Origin: Candidatus Kerfeldbacteria bacterium
Lineage (GTDB): Bacteria > Patescibacteriota > Patescibacteriia > SBBC01 > CAIJZX01
DNA: 64,000 nucleotides
Direction: 5' to 3'
NCBI GenBank assembly: GCA_963731735.1
Contig: CAVSWO010000002.1
Location: 270,106-334,105 of the forward strand
The position numbers and the translations under genes are program-made. Below are positions 18,262 through 26,891 of the stretch, in pieces. Position 1 is the stretch's first letter, and every line of letters starts with the position of its first letter. The notes under the pieces were generated by a model. The model was not told the origin of the DNA. It worked only from the letters and a program-made list of their open reading frames with translations, and ran no database searches.

Positions 18262-18328
18262 ATATACGGTCGGACAACAGCGCGTATGCGATATACTACG
18301 TACAATCGCATACGCGCAAACGTTGTAC
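18262..18328 (+). repeat. attC site e (minimal, 67 bp; R'' GGACAAC ... R' GTTGTAC)
   Basis: GGACAAC-AGCGCG-TATGCGAT-[12-nt loop]-ATCGCATAC-GCGCAAAC-GTTGTAC. Confidence 0.8.
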
Positions 18329-18345
18329 GAAATGCTTTAACTAAT

Positions 18346-18915
18346 ATGAAAACAACAATTATTGTAATGTACGGTCCGCCTGGTGTTGGCAAGTTTACAA
18401 TTGGCAAACAGCTTTCCAAGAAAACAGGTTTTCGTTTCTTCAATGGACATAGACTTGCCGATGTCGTACATAGTATTTTCGAATTTGGAACGAAAGAATT
18501 TATTGAAACAACAAATTTTCTTTGGCTAAATCTTTTTTCAAAACTAGTAAAAAGCCAACCTCGGGGCCTAATTATTAGTTTTGTCTATGGTGTGCAAACC
18601 CTCGAAGGCAAAAAGGATGATCTGTTTTGCAAAAAATTTATAGCTGTAGCCAAAAGAAACGATGCCAAGATCCACTTCATTAAACTCACCTGTTCTGATG
18701 ACAGGCTCTACAGACGTGTTCAAAATAAGTCAAGAAGAAGATATGGGAAATTGACATCGGCAAGTCTTCTGAAAAAAATCCGAAATAACTACAAGGTTGA
18801 TGAAGAAATTCCTTTTGTTAAAAGTATAGAGATTGATACAACTACTTATACGCCTAAACAAACGGCGGATCGAATTATTGCCAAATTAAACCTTGCCTCT
18901 TTAAAACGTCGTTAA
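18346..18915 (+). CDS. cassette 9: P-loop NTPase / small kinase-like protein
   Basis: Walker A GPPGVGKFT near the N-terminus and an adenylate/zeta-toxin-like kinase size of about 190 aa. The start was taken after the attC e R' site. Confidence 0.55.
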   Translation: MKTTIIVMYGPPGVGKFTIGKQLSKKTGFRFFNGHRLADVVHSIFEFGTKEFIETTNFLWLNLFSKLVKSQPRGLIISFVYGVQTLEGKKDDLFCKKFIAVAKRNDAKIHFIKLTCSDDRLYRRVQNKSRRRYGKLTSASLLKKIRNNYKVDEEIPFVKSIEIDTTTYTPKQTADRIIAKLNLASLKRR

Positions 18916-18922
18916 AGCACTC

Positions 18923-19061
18923 CGTACAACAGCGCGTAACCGACGCGGTTTCTGGCGACCGGCGGAGCCGTTCGCTTCCGAAACCGCTACATTTGCTGGT
19001 GTTGTCCGCTAAAGCGGAGTATTCTAACACCAGCAACGTCGGTTACGCGCAAACGTTGTCC
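18923..19061 (+). repeat. attC site f (139 bp; R'' GTACAAC ... R' GTTGTCC)
   Basis: A conserved frame. The central module CGGTTTCTGG...CGAAACCGCT plus TTGCTGGTGTT...AACACCAGCAA is shared with attC g. Confidence 0.8.
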
Positions 19062-19153
19062 GACATACATATTTATCTTATTGAATTGGTTTCCCGCGCG
19101 GCTCCTTCCAGAGTATAATAAGATTGTTTAAAATACTTAATTAAGTATATTTT

Positions 19154-19798
19154 ATGAAATACCGACAAGGTATCGTTTGGGCACCGGTGCTCATCATTAT
19201 CGGTGCAGTTGTGGTAGCAGGTTTTACAACCTTTTTCTTGATTCAGGCCAACCAATCCGACAATGAAAACGTGAATGTTGCGCTGGCAAATCAGGCGAAT
19301 AGCAATCTCAGCGTTAACACAAATACGAATGTTTCGACTGTCCCAACTGGATGGAAGGTGTTTACAAATGATTATGCAAAGTATTCTTTTCAGTACCCAA
19401 CAACACTTATAATCAGTGATTGCAGTAATAAATTAGGAAGTTACGTATTAGCTCCAGGGGGATCGTGCGAAAATGAAACATTTGGGCCAGGTTTTTCAGT
19501 TTTACTTCATTCAGAGCCAACATACAATGAAGATGAGACATACGAAGAAATTAAAAAGTTAATTACAAATCCGCAAACAAGCTCCGTGCCAATTGATGGT
19601 ATGCTTGGTCGTCGATTGCAAGGTGTTCAAAAAATAGAGGACCCAGTTTTTCCGGACCAAAAAGAGAAATACTCCGACTACGTTTTTGTTCAAGCCAGGG
19701 GCAACTTCTATACCATTGCAAGTGTTTCTTTGACATCGGAACCATTTCGGTATACTGACTTTGAGAATTTCCTTGCGACCTTTAAATTCACGAATTAG
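19154..19798 (+). CDS. cassette 10: secreted protein, paralog of the cassette 7 protein
   Basis: MKYRQGIVWAPVLIIIGAVVVAGFTTFFLIQAN parallels MHKRQGIIWAPVLIIIATVGVAGIATYFLIRAG. It shares the same N-rich linker. Confidence 0.6.
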   Translation: MKYRQGIVWAPVLIIIGAVVVAGFTTFFLIQANQSDNENVNVALANQANSNLSVNTNTNVSTVPTGWKVFTNDYAKYSFQYPTTLIISDCSNKLGSYVLAPGGSCENETFGPGFSVLLHSEPTYNEDETYEEIKKLITNPQTSSVPIDGMLGRRLQGVQKIEDPVFPDQKEKYSDYVFVQARGNFYTIASVSLTSEPFRYTDFENFLATFKFTN

Positions 19799-19905
19799 CT
19801 GTAAAGATAATTATCTAGTTTTTCGAAGATGGATTTACTTCAACTCTCTGTTTAGCTGCGAGTGAAATTCTCTTTTGAAGATAAAATGTACGATCGGACA
19901 ACAGC

Positions 19906-20067
19906 GCGTAGAGGAAATCTTTGGTTTTAGCAAGATTTCTGGTAATATCAATGCATTAGTAGCTCTTTTTGAGCCTATCGGCTTACCGCAAATCGGCTGT
20001 CCGCCCCGTGGTGAGCGAGTGTACCACAGTGCGGCCAGCCGACTTCCTCTACGCGCAAACGTTAGCT
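19906..20067 (+). repeat. attC site i (162 bp; R'' GGACAAC ... R' GTTAGCT)
   Basis: L arms GTAGAGGAA/TTCCTCTAC. The central module is nearly identical to that of attC j. Confidence 0.8.
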
Positions 20068-20183
20068 GACATATTCCTTTTCTTTTCCAGCTAACGCCGG
20101 TGCGGGTAAAAAATCTTTCAAATTTCTCTTTTAAGGTCAACGCTTCTTGCAATAATCTGGTTTATTCAATAACATAATAATAT

Positions 20184-20624
20184 ATGTCAATCGAGCACGG
20201 CGGCCCATCCCCTGAGGAGATGGGGTTAAGTCAAGAGACAACTGAATCAAAACTTCCACCCGAAGCATTGGATGCGATGACAGATTATTGGGAGGAACAA
20301 CAAACAAAGTTTATAGGACAGATGGCCGACGGATCCGGCAGAAATTTTGATGTCGATATATCGCGGACAAATGCCTATTTAGAAAAGATTGACCAGGCAG
20401 ATTATTTTACACCCGCCGAAGTTAAAAAGACCGTCGATGGCAAAGAAGTAACTTCTCCGGAACGTTCAGTATTTGATTTTTTTAAGAAAAAGCTCGCGGG
20501 CTTAGAATACGCCATTGAACAGGGAGATGACCTTAAGACTATTCAGGAATACGAGAAACAGGCAAAGCAGATGAGAATGGCAGTTGAGGCGCTGGAGAAA
20601 ATCCGACCCAAAGACAGTGAGTAG
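20184..20624 (+). CDS. cassette 11a: hypothetical acidic protein (146 aa)
   Basis: ORF with a plausible composition. No motif was recognised. Confidence 0.45.
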   Translation: MSIEHGGPSPEEMGLSQETTESKLPPEALDAMTDYWEEQQTKFIGQMADGSGRNFDVDISRTNAYLEKIDQADYFTPAEVKKTVDGKEVTSPERSVFDFFKKKLAGLEYAIEQGDDLKTIQEYEKQAKQMRMAVEALEKIRPKDSE

Positions 20625-20835
20625 CTTTATAGCAAAATGGCCGCCAGTGATAACTATTGCCTCTTTTGTTGGCTTGCTTATTCTGATGGCTGGCATCTTT
20701 GCTTGGGCAACAGGTACCAATTTGGGGTCGGTCACGAACGCAGTGGTTACATTGCTATCAATTGTTGGTCTCATAGTTCTTTTGGCGCTAACATTTGTTT
20801 CAAAAAACCCTAAAAAGCCAGACCAGAAGCAGTAG
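20617..20835 (+). CDS. cassette 11b: small two-TM membrane protein (start uncertain, GTG/TTG)
   Basis: Two hydrophobic helices (ITIASFVGLLILMAGIFAWA and AVVTLLSIVGLIVLLALTFV) and a lysine-rich tail. It overlaps the stop of 11a. Confidence 0.35.
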   Translation: MSSFIAKWPPVITIASFVGLLILMAGIFAWATGTNLGSVTNAVVTLLSIVGLIVLLALTFVSKNPKKPDQKQ

Positions 20836-20897
20836 AAAAATTCGAAAGTTTTTTACACGCCTTCTCTTAACAGAGAAGAAAAGAAAGGGAATACGAT

Positions 20898-21070
20898 CAG
20901 CTAACAGCGCGTAGAGGAAATATTTAGTTTCAGCAAGATTTCTGATAATATCAATATACTCGAAACTCTTTTGGAGCCTAATGACTTGCCACAAATCGGC
21001 TGTCCGCCCGGTGGTGAGCGAGTGTACCACAGTGCGGTCAGCCGACTTCCTCTACGCGCGAACGTTGTAC
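20898..21070 (+). repeat. attC site j (173 bp; R'' AGCTAAC ... R' GTTGTAC)
   Basis: R'' is the exact complement of attC i R' GTTAGCT. It shares a roughly 120-nt central module with attC i. Confidence 0.8.
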
Positions 21071-21093
21071 GAAATATAGTCATCCCCCCTACT

Positions 21094-21717
21094 TTGACCA
21101 ATTCAACAAAAATAAAGGCAATAGTATTTGATTTTGGCGATGTGATTTGCTTTTGGGATGATCAGATCTGGAGCGATGAGGAGTTGCGATTACGTGGAAT
21201 CAATGGAGAGGAGCTGAGGAACCTGATGTATGAATATATGCGTCATGGTGGCGAGGGAAAATATCATAGCTTCCTTGACTACTATGATACTCATCAGCAC
21301 GGTTCTAACATCGAAAGAAAAGTCATTGCTGGCTTGTACGAGGACCGGGAACAAACAGGTAAACTTGATCCCAAGATGGTCAATCTCATTACAAAACTAA
21401 AGTCTCGATACAAAATTGGGTTGCTTTCAAACTATACCAAAGGACTTGAAGACTTCTTGATAAACCGATTCAAGATTCACCACCTTTTTGACGCTGTAGT
21501 CAGCTCATACACGATTCGGATTAGAAAGCCCGCGATTGATGCGTATCATTATGTCGCAAAAGAATTATCAGAGCAGGTTGAGCATTGTCTTTTCGTCGAT
21601 GATAAGCAAAAAAACGTTGACGTAGCACTTGAGGCAGGCATGGAGGCAATCCTCTTTTCAGGTTTCGATGACCTTGTGAAAGAAATGGAGCAACAATTTG
21701 GTATCAGCATTTCCTAA
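21094..21717 (+). CDS. cassette 12: HAD-superfamily hydrolase
   Basis: Motif I FDFGDV, motif II LSNYTKG, a conserved K in IRKP and motif IV FVDDKQKNVD. There is no ATG after the attC, so a TTG start is assumed. Confidence 0.6.
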   Translation: MTNSTKIKAIVFDFGDVICFWDDQIWSDEELRLRGINGEELRNLMYEYMRHGGEGKYHSFLDYYDTHQHGSNIERKVIAGLYEDREQTGKLDPKMVNLITKLKSRYKIGLLSNYTKGLEDFLINRFKIHHLFDAVVSSYTIRIRKPAIDAYHYVAKELSEQVEHCLFVDDKQKNVDVALEAGMEAILFSGFDDLVKEMEQQFGISIS

Positions 21718-21759
21718 CTACAGCGCTTTCAGGAGGAGTTCGGGGGGATGACTAAACTC

Positions 21760-21902
21760 CGTACAACAGCGCGTAACCGCCGCGGTTTCTGGCGACCTGG
21801 CAAAGCCGCTCGCTTTCGAAACCGCTACATTTGCTGGTGTTTTCCGCTGGCGCGGAGTAGTGATAACACCAGCAACGTCGTATACGCGCAAACGTTAGGT
21901 GA
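21760..21902 (+). repeat. attC site g (143 bp; R'' GTACAAC ... R' GTTAGGT)
   Basis: R'' complements attC j R' GTTGTAC. The central module is homologous to that of attC f. Confidence 0.8.
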
Positions 21903-22017
21903 AATTTTCGAAACGAGATTTTTTTATTCGGAGGTTTTGAATTTGGCACTAAAAAGAGGGGCCCGCGGATACAGTATCCTTGGGCCCCGAATTTCGACTG
22001 ACTCACAGAGATTGCAG

Positions 22018-22329
22018 TTACTTCATGGGGTATTCACGAAGCAGCTGCTGATGAAGGAGATATGCAAGCTGCTGACGCCCCATCGATCCTGATGCTCTGG
22101 GCACTGCGAGGACGGGATGGTTGGAGCCACGTTTCAGCTTTGGATGCTCCAGCCCCCAGTACAACCCCAGAGCCGCGGGCCCCTTGACCTGCTTGATCCA
22201 CTTGTCGAGATGATGCTCGGCAACCCTCCGTGCTACCTCATCCGGTACCACAGGTTCTTCCCAGGTCTCACAGCACCGTTCCACGATGTCGTCGATGAGA
22301 AGCGGTCGAACCTTTTTCTCGTCTATCAT
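22018..22329 (-). CDS. cassette 13: hypothetical protein (103 aa), reverse orientation
   Basis: Only a protein-like ORF between attC g and the terminal attC remnant. Confidence 0.3.
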   Translation of the reverse strand: MIDEKKVRPLLIDDIVERCCETWEEPVVPDEVARRVAEHHLDKWIKQVKGPAALGLYWGLEHPKLKRGSNHPVLAVPRASGSMGRQQLAYLLHQQLLREYPMK

Positions 22330-22480
22330 GGCGACACCTCCCAGAAGTCCGTAGCGAAAAGAATGAACTGGTACAGATCTGTCAGAACAAAGAATAATTA
22401 GTCTATTTTCACAAATCTGTCAAGGGGAGCATGAACAAATTCAAAACCCTTTTACTTATAGGGCTCGTTTCGAAAAAATC

Positions 22481-22500
22481 ACCTAACAGCGCGTATCTGG
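22481..22500 (+). repeat. terminal attC remnant (5' half only: ACCTAAC-AGCGCG-TATCTGG)
   Basis: R'' ACCTAAC is the exact complement of attC g R' GTTAGGT. No matching 3' arm was found before nrnA. Confidence 0.6.
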
Positions 22501-22608
22501 CTCCGGCTTGACGAGTCGGCTAACTTTCGCTAAGCTGAGCGGCTTTATGTCCCGTTAGAGGTACCCGATAAAGACGGCCTCGATTCCTGGCGACATATTC
22601 TGCACTCT

Positions 22609-23640
22609 ATGTTCACCTCTAATGGGATTATGCATCCGTATCATCATCACGCCCTCCAATTCCAGCGTCTGCTCCAGGGTCGTCAGCGCATTCTCGTCAC
22701 GATTACCAAGGATCCCGATGGAGACAGCATCGGTTCGATGTTGGCCATGTGCCATGCCTTGCAGCAACTCGGTAAAACCTGCACTTGTTTTTCACCGGAC
22801 CGGATCCCGGCCATGTTTAGTTACTTGCTGGGTCCCCATCCGGTCATGCGCGAACTGCCGGATCACGTCCACGACTATGATGCCGTTATCATTTTTGATA
22901 CCGGAGATATAAAACGGACGCCGCTGGTGGCGTCGCTGGTCAAGCGTCAGCCGGAAAAAACCCTGGTGATGAATATTGATCACCACCCGACGGTAACCGA
23001 TTGGCAGGGTCAGCCGGCGGTTGATCAGAACATTATCGACACCCAAGCCGGTGCCACGACCGAAATGCTGTTTCATATGTTTGACGCGTTGCGGATCCCG
23101 ATCAATCGCCATGCCGCCACCTGTCTCCTAACCGGTATCCTGACCGACACCGGGCACTTCACCAACCAAGGTACGAGTATACATTCCTTGGAAGTTGCGG
23201 CTCGGTTGATGGCCAAGGGTGCGCAGCACCACGTCATCACTCAAGCCACCATGCGCAACAAAAATCTCGGCACGTTAAAACTTTGGGGCCGCGCCTTGTC
23301 GCGGTTATGGCTAAACCCGCGGACCGGCATTGTGACTACCGCCCTGACCTTAAAAGATTTTTCGGAATGCGGCGTTGACTACAAAGCCGGTACCGGCATC
23401 TCGAATTTTTTGAACGGCCTAGATGAAGGAAAAATGGCGCTGGTCCTGCACGAAGAACCGGGCGGAAAAATTAAGGGCAGTCTGCGGACTACGCATCCCG
23501 ACATGAACGCGGCCGTGTTTGCCGAGCAATTCGGCGGCGGGGGACATCCAAAGGCGGCCGGTTTTGTAGTCCGCGGATCACTGGTTGAAACAAGCCATGG
23601 GTGGATGATTCAGCCTCTAGCCAAATCAGGAAACTCGTGA
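22609..23640 (+). CDS. nrnA: DHH-DHHA1 family nanoRNase/pAp phosphatase (NrnA-like)
   Basis: N-terminal DHH region (ITKDPDGDSIGS, IIFDTGD, NIDHHP), a C-terminal DHHA1 region and the GGGGH motif. Synteny is with rbfA once the integron is subtracted. Confidence 0.75.
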   Translation: MFTSNGIMHPYHHHALQFQRLLQGRQRILVTITKDPDGDSIGSMLAMCHALQQLGKTCTCFSPDRIPAMFSYLLGPHPVMRELPDHVHDYDAVIIFDTGDIKRTPLVASLVKRQPEKTLVMNIDHHPTVTDWQGQPAVDQNIIDTQAGATTEMLFHMFDALRIPINRHAATCLLTGILTDTGHFTNQGTSIHSLEVAARLMAKGAQHHVITQATMRNKNLGTLKLWGRALSRLWLNPRTGIVTTALTLKDFSECGVDYKAGTGISNFLNGLDEGKMALVLHEEPGGKIKGSLRTTHPDMNAAVFAEQFGGGGHPKAAGFVVRGSLVETSHGWMIQPLAKSGNS

Positions 23641-23652
23641 TAGACTCGGCCC

Positions 23653-24255
23653 ATGTCTGACCCACTCAAGAACCAAATGTTGATTCCGACCGTGCTGGAA
23701 AAAACTTCCTACGGCGAACGGGCGTTTGATATTTATTCACGCCTGTTAAAAGAACGGATTATTTTCGTTGGCACGCCGATTGACGACCATGTGGCGAATT
23801 TAATTATTGCCCAGTTGCTCTACCTAGACAGCGAAGATCATCAGAAAGATATCAAACTCTACATTAATACGCCGGGCGGATCGGTGACTGCCGGATTGGC
23901 GATTTACGATACCATGCAATATATCCAGCCCGACATCCAAACAACCTGCGTCGGGATGGCCGCCTCGATGGGCGCTTTACTGCTGGCTGCCGGCGCCAAA
24001 GGTAAACGCTTCGCTTTACCGAACGCTGAAATCATGATTCACCAAGTCATGGGTGGCGCGGAAGGTCAGGCCTCGGATATCAAAATACGAGCCGAACATA
24101 TTTTGAAAATCCGCGACCGGATGAATAAAATTATGGCCAAGCATACCGGCCAGACCCTCAAGACGATTGAGCAGGACACCGAACGCGATTATTTCTTGGA
24201 ACCGGAGGCGGCTAAGAAATACGGATTGATCGACAAGATTATCGAGCGAAAATAA
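23653..24255 (+). CDS. clpP: ATP-dependent Clp protease proteolytic subunit
   Basis: The ClpP catalytic-triad context is [11 protein letters not shown] (Ser) and MIHQVMGG (His). Length is about 200 aa. Confidence 0.9.
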   Translation: MSDPLKNQMLIPTVLEKTSYGERAFDIYSRLLKERIIFVGTPIDDHVANLIIAQLLYLDSEDHQKDIKLYINTPGGSVTAGLAIYDTMQYIQPDIQTTCVGMAASMGALLLAAGAKGKRFALPNAEIMIHQVMGGAEGQASDIKIRAEHILKIRDRMNKIMAKHTGQTLKTIEQDTERDYFLEPEAAKKYGLIDKIIERK

Positions 24256-24309
24256 GCGCCCGGCGTAGGGGTTGACAGATTTTCTGACAGGAGTACAGTC
24301 GGGAATACA

Positions 24310-24490
24310 TTGTTGTTGCTCATTTTAGTGTTGCGATATTCGGGGGCGGCCTAGCCGTGCCGTATAAGTAAGGCAGGGGATCCGTCTATTTGAGGGTCCC
24401 ACGTGGTTCAGGATAGAACGCAGTCTCGACCGCAACTATCCTGGCTTTCCACACACAAAACGGCATGCATGGAACAGCCGCCCCCGTTAT
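24310..24490 (+). ncRNA. candidate structured small RNA (6S-like): long interrupted closing stem GGGGGCGGC...GCCGCCCCC with internal hairpins
   Basis: TTGACA-16-TACAGT promoter at 24273-24302. The long-range complementarity 24342-24362 with 24462-24485 and the internal hairpin CAGGATAG...CTATCCTG point to a structured RNA. No credible ORF is present. Confidence 0.3.
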
Positions 24491-24657
24491 TCTTTGGTTG
24501 GCAGTCTTCCTGCCCATCGTCTCCCCTTTGATTTCTCCAACCGGGATGGAGGTGTTGCGAACGATTCGTGCCGCAGCTTGAGCTGCATTTTGCGTGTCCA
24601 CCGTTGTATCACAAGCCTCCAACGTCGCCACTGCCTGGCGGCAGGAGAAAAACAATC

Positions 24658-25059
24658 ATGGAAGGTCTTCCCACGGTGCTGTCAGCACCCACAACGGAAC
24701 GGACCGCTCCTCAGCGGTCGAAGTGCGTCTACGATCCGATCAAGATCGACCGGCTCCTGAATCAGCTGGATACCACCACGGGATTCGTCAAGAATCCCAA
24801 CGCCCTGTTTCGTGACGGCCTGACGGCGATGAGTATCGCCTGTCGGAACGATCGACGGCAGATCGTTCGTCCGCGCTTCATGCGTGAGGTCATCTTCCAG
24901 CTGGAATCCATGCTAAACCAATTTCCGGTCAACCGTCGTCGCGAGGAGGGCCGGATCATGCAGGGCTCGCTGGATGGCTACTCCACCGATCCGTGTCTGC
25001 GTGATGACCCGGAACTCCTGGAGTCGTGCCACAAGATGATCGCTTCGTTCCGCAGCTAG
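24658..25059 (+). CDS. hypothetical protein (133 aa)
   Basis: AGGAG RBS 8 nt upstream of the ATG. A terminator follows. Confidence 0.45.
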   Translation: MEGLPTVLSAPTTERTAPQRSKCVYDPIKIDRLLNQLDTTTGFVKNPNALFRDGLTAMSIACRNDRRQIVRPRFMREVIFQLESMLNQFPVNRRREEGRIMQGSLDGYSTDPCLRDDPELLESCHKMIASFRS

Positions 25060-25085
25060 ACCGCTGCCACAACACAAACCCTGAC

Positions 25086-25125
25086 CGGCGCCAAGTGCAA
25101 CATTGCTTGGCGCCTTTTTTCTTAT
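25086..25125 (+). terminator. rho-independent terminator (GGCGCCAAG...CTTGGCGCC followed by TTTTTTCTT)
   Basis: 9-bp GC-rich stem followed by a T-run. Confidence 0.6.
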
Positions 25126-25307
25126 AAAAGCCTCGGGAACTTGCTTGGGAGCATAAAGCGTGCTAGAGTGGGTCCGAATCTATCTCATGATGATGATTAC
25201 CCCGAAACCACAATCTCACGCAAACCTTGTCCGCATGTTTATGACGGATGGATTGGTGGCTGCAGCTTGGTCGGCCGGGGATTTTACCCATTTACCATTA
25301 CTTTCCC

Positions 25308-26837
25308 ATGTCACTGACAGCAATTTGGGCGCTGATCGCCCTGGTCGGTATTCCCGGCGGCATGATCGCCGGTTACTTCCTGCGTCGCGCCTGGGCCGTT
25401 CGTGAGGCTCAATCGTCGGAAGCGCGCGCCCAAGCGATAATCGACGAAGCAAAAAACAAAGAACGTGATGTCCTGCTGAAAGCCAAGGAGCAGGCTTTGC
25501 ATATTGTCGAAGAAGCCAAGCAAGAGGAAAACAAGCGACGATCTGAGCTGACCCATTTGCAGGAGCGTTTGGAAAAACGCGAATCAATGTTTGACCAGAA
25601 GCTGCTGGATCTCGAGCAGAAGCAAAAGGAGGCGGCCGATACATCAAAGGCTTTTGAACAGAAAATGACGGAGGTTCAGAAAATTCGCGATGAACAGGTT
25701 CAAAAACTTGAAAAGGTCGCTCAGCTCTCAATGGATGAAGCTCGCGGAGTGTTGATGGAAAACGCTGAAATTCGCGCCAAGGATGAACTCCTGAACCGAA
25801 TCCGCAAATTGCAAAATACCTCCGAAGAGGAAATCGATAAAGAGGCCAAAAAATTGATTGCCACGGCTATGCAGCGGCTGGCCTCGCCCATGTCATCCGA
25901 ATCCAATACCACGGTGGTTGATCTGCCAAACGAAGAAATGAAGGGGCGGATTATTGGAAAAGAAGGCCGCAATATCAAGGCCCTGGAGAACCTGACCGGC
26001 GTTGAAATCATTATTGACGAAACTCCGGACTCGATCGTCATTTCCGGATTCAATTTGGTTCGACGCCATTTGGCCAAGCGGGTGCTGGAAAAATTAATGT
26101 CCGACGGCCGCATTCACCCGGGTCGAATTGAAGATGTGGTTGAACAGGTTCGGAAAGAAATGGCCTCCGAAATGCGTAAGGCGGGTGAACAGGCCGCCTA
26201 TGAAGCCGGCGTAACCGGACTCGACCCGCGGCTCTTGCAACTGCTCGGCCGCCTGAAGTACCGCACCAGTTACGGTCAAAACCAGTTACATCACTCGGTT
26301 GAAGTCGCCTTACTTTCCGGCCTGCTGGCCGAAGAGCTCGGCGCGAATGTGGCCGTGGCAAAAAAAGGCGCTTTACTGCACGACATCGGTAAGGCGGTTG
26401 ACCATGAAGTCCAGGGCGCGCACACCCAGCTCGGGTATGAGATTATGAAAAAGTACGGCTTACCGGAAGAAGTCGCCTATATCGCGATTGCTCACCACGA
26501 AGATACCGTCAGCACGCTTGAACAAGCCGTGGTTAAAACCGCCGACGCTTTATCTGGCGCTCGTCCGGGCGCCCGGAAAGGCACCTTCGAAAATTACGTC
26601 CAGCGTTTAACTGAACTGGAAGGCATCGCCAAAGCTGAACCGGGTGTTGAGCGCGCCTTCGCGATCCAAGCTGGTCGTGAAGTCCGGGTGATCGTCAAAC
26701 CTGATCAAATTGATGACTATCAGGCCACCAAGCTTGCCCAGAGTATCGCCGAACGGATCGAAAAAGAAATGCAGTATCCGGGTGAGATTAAGGTGATGGT
26801 CATCCGAGAGAAGCGGGTAATTCAATACGCCCGATAA
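25308..26837 (+). CDS. rny: ribonuclease Y
   Basis: N-terminal TM, a coiled-coil region, a KH domain (IIGKEGRNIKALENLTGV) and an HD domain (HSVEVA...LHDIGKA). The start is at MSLTAIW. Confidence 0.9.
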   Translation: MSLTAIWALIALVGIPGGMIAGYFLRRAWAVREAQSSEARAQAIIDEAKNKERDVLLKAKEQALHIVEEAKQEENKRRSELTHLQERLEKRESMFDQKLLDLEQKQKEAADTSKAFEQKMTEVQKIRDEQVQKLEKVAQLSMDEARGVLMENAEIRAKDELLNRIRKLQNTSEEEIDKEAKKLIATAMQRLASPMSSESNTTVVDLPNEEMKGRIIGKEGRNIKALENLTGVEIIIDETPDSIVISGFNLVRRHLAKRVLEKLMSDGRIHPGRIEDVVEQVRKEMASEMRKAGEQAAYEAGVTGLDPRLLQLLGRLKYRTSYGQNQLHHSVEVALLSGLLAEELGANVAVAKKGALLHDIGKAVDHEVQGAHTQLGYEIMKKYGLPEEVAYIAIAHHEDTVSTLEQAVVKTADALSGARPGARKGTFENYVQRLTELEGIAKAEPGVERAFAIQAGREVRVIVKPDQIDDYQATKLAQSIAERIEKEMQYPGEIKVMVIREKRVIQYAR

Positions 26838-26891
26838 GTTGTCGCCCCGCCGGGTTGCGTCTGCAACCCGGCGGGGCCGCTGCTCGCCGTT

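Larger units (their letters stand above)
11305..22487. mobile_element. chromosomal (sedentary) integron: intI, attI and about 13 gene cassettes with a homogeneous attC family
   Basis: A divergent integrase is followed by an attI core GTTGTAC and a series of attC sites. Each attC has an ...AAC inverse core that is the reverse complement of the preceding GTT-core at every junction. Cassette ORFs are mostly co-oriented and AT-rich, and sit between core rbfA and nrnA. Confidence 0.85.

Noticed and set aside
19875-22092. ORFs 19875-20069, 20901-21101, 21752-22006 and 21748-22092, predicted on both strands within repeats.
   Set aside because: They lie entirely inside attC palindromes. Mirrored translations (for example PQIGCPPGGERVYHSA on both) reflect the palindrome symmetry, not coding sequence.
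12781-22500. Regularly recurring repeats separated by unique segments, resembling a CRISPR array.
   Set aside because: The repeats are imperfect palindromes of variable length (57-749 bp) with cassette-specific arms. The spacers are gene-sized ORFs and no cas genes are present. The junction complementarity pattern is diagnostic of integron attC sites.
24386-24760. ORFs 24386-24655 (minus) and 24494-24760 (plus) in the clpP-downstream gap.
   Set aside because: They have no RBS and overlap the predicted structured region. The gap is better explained as an ncRNA or leader.
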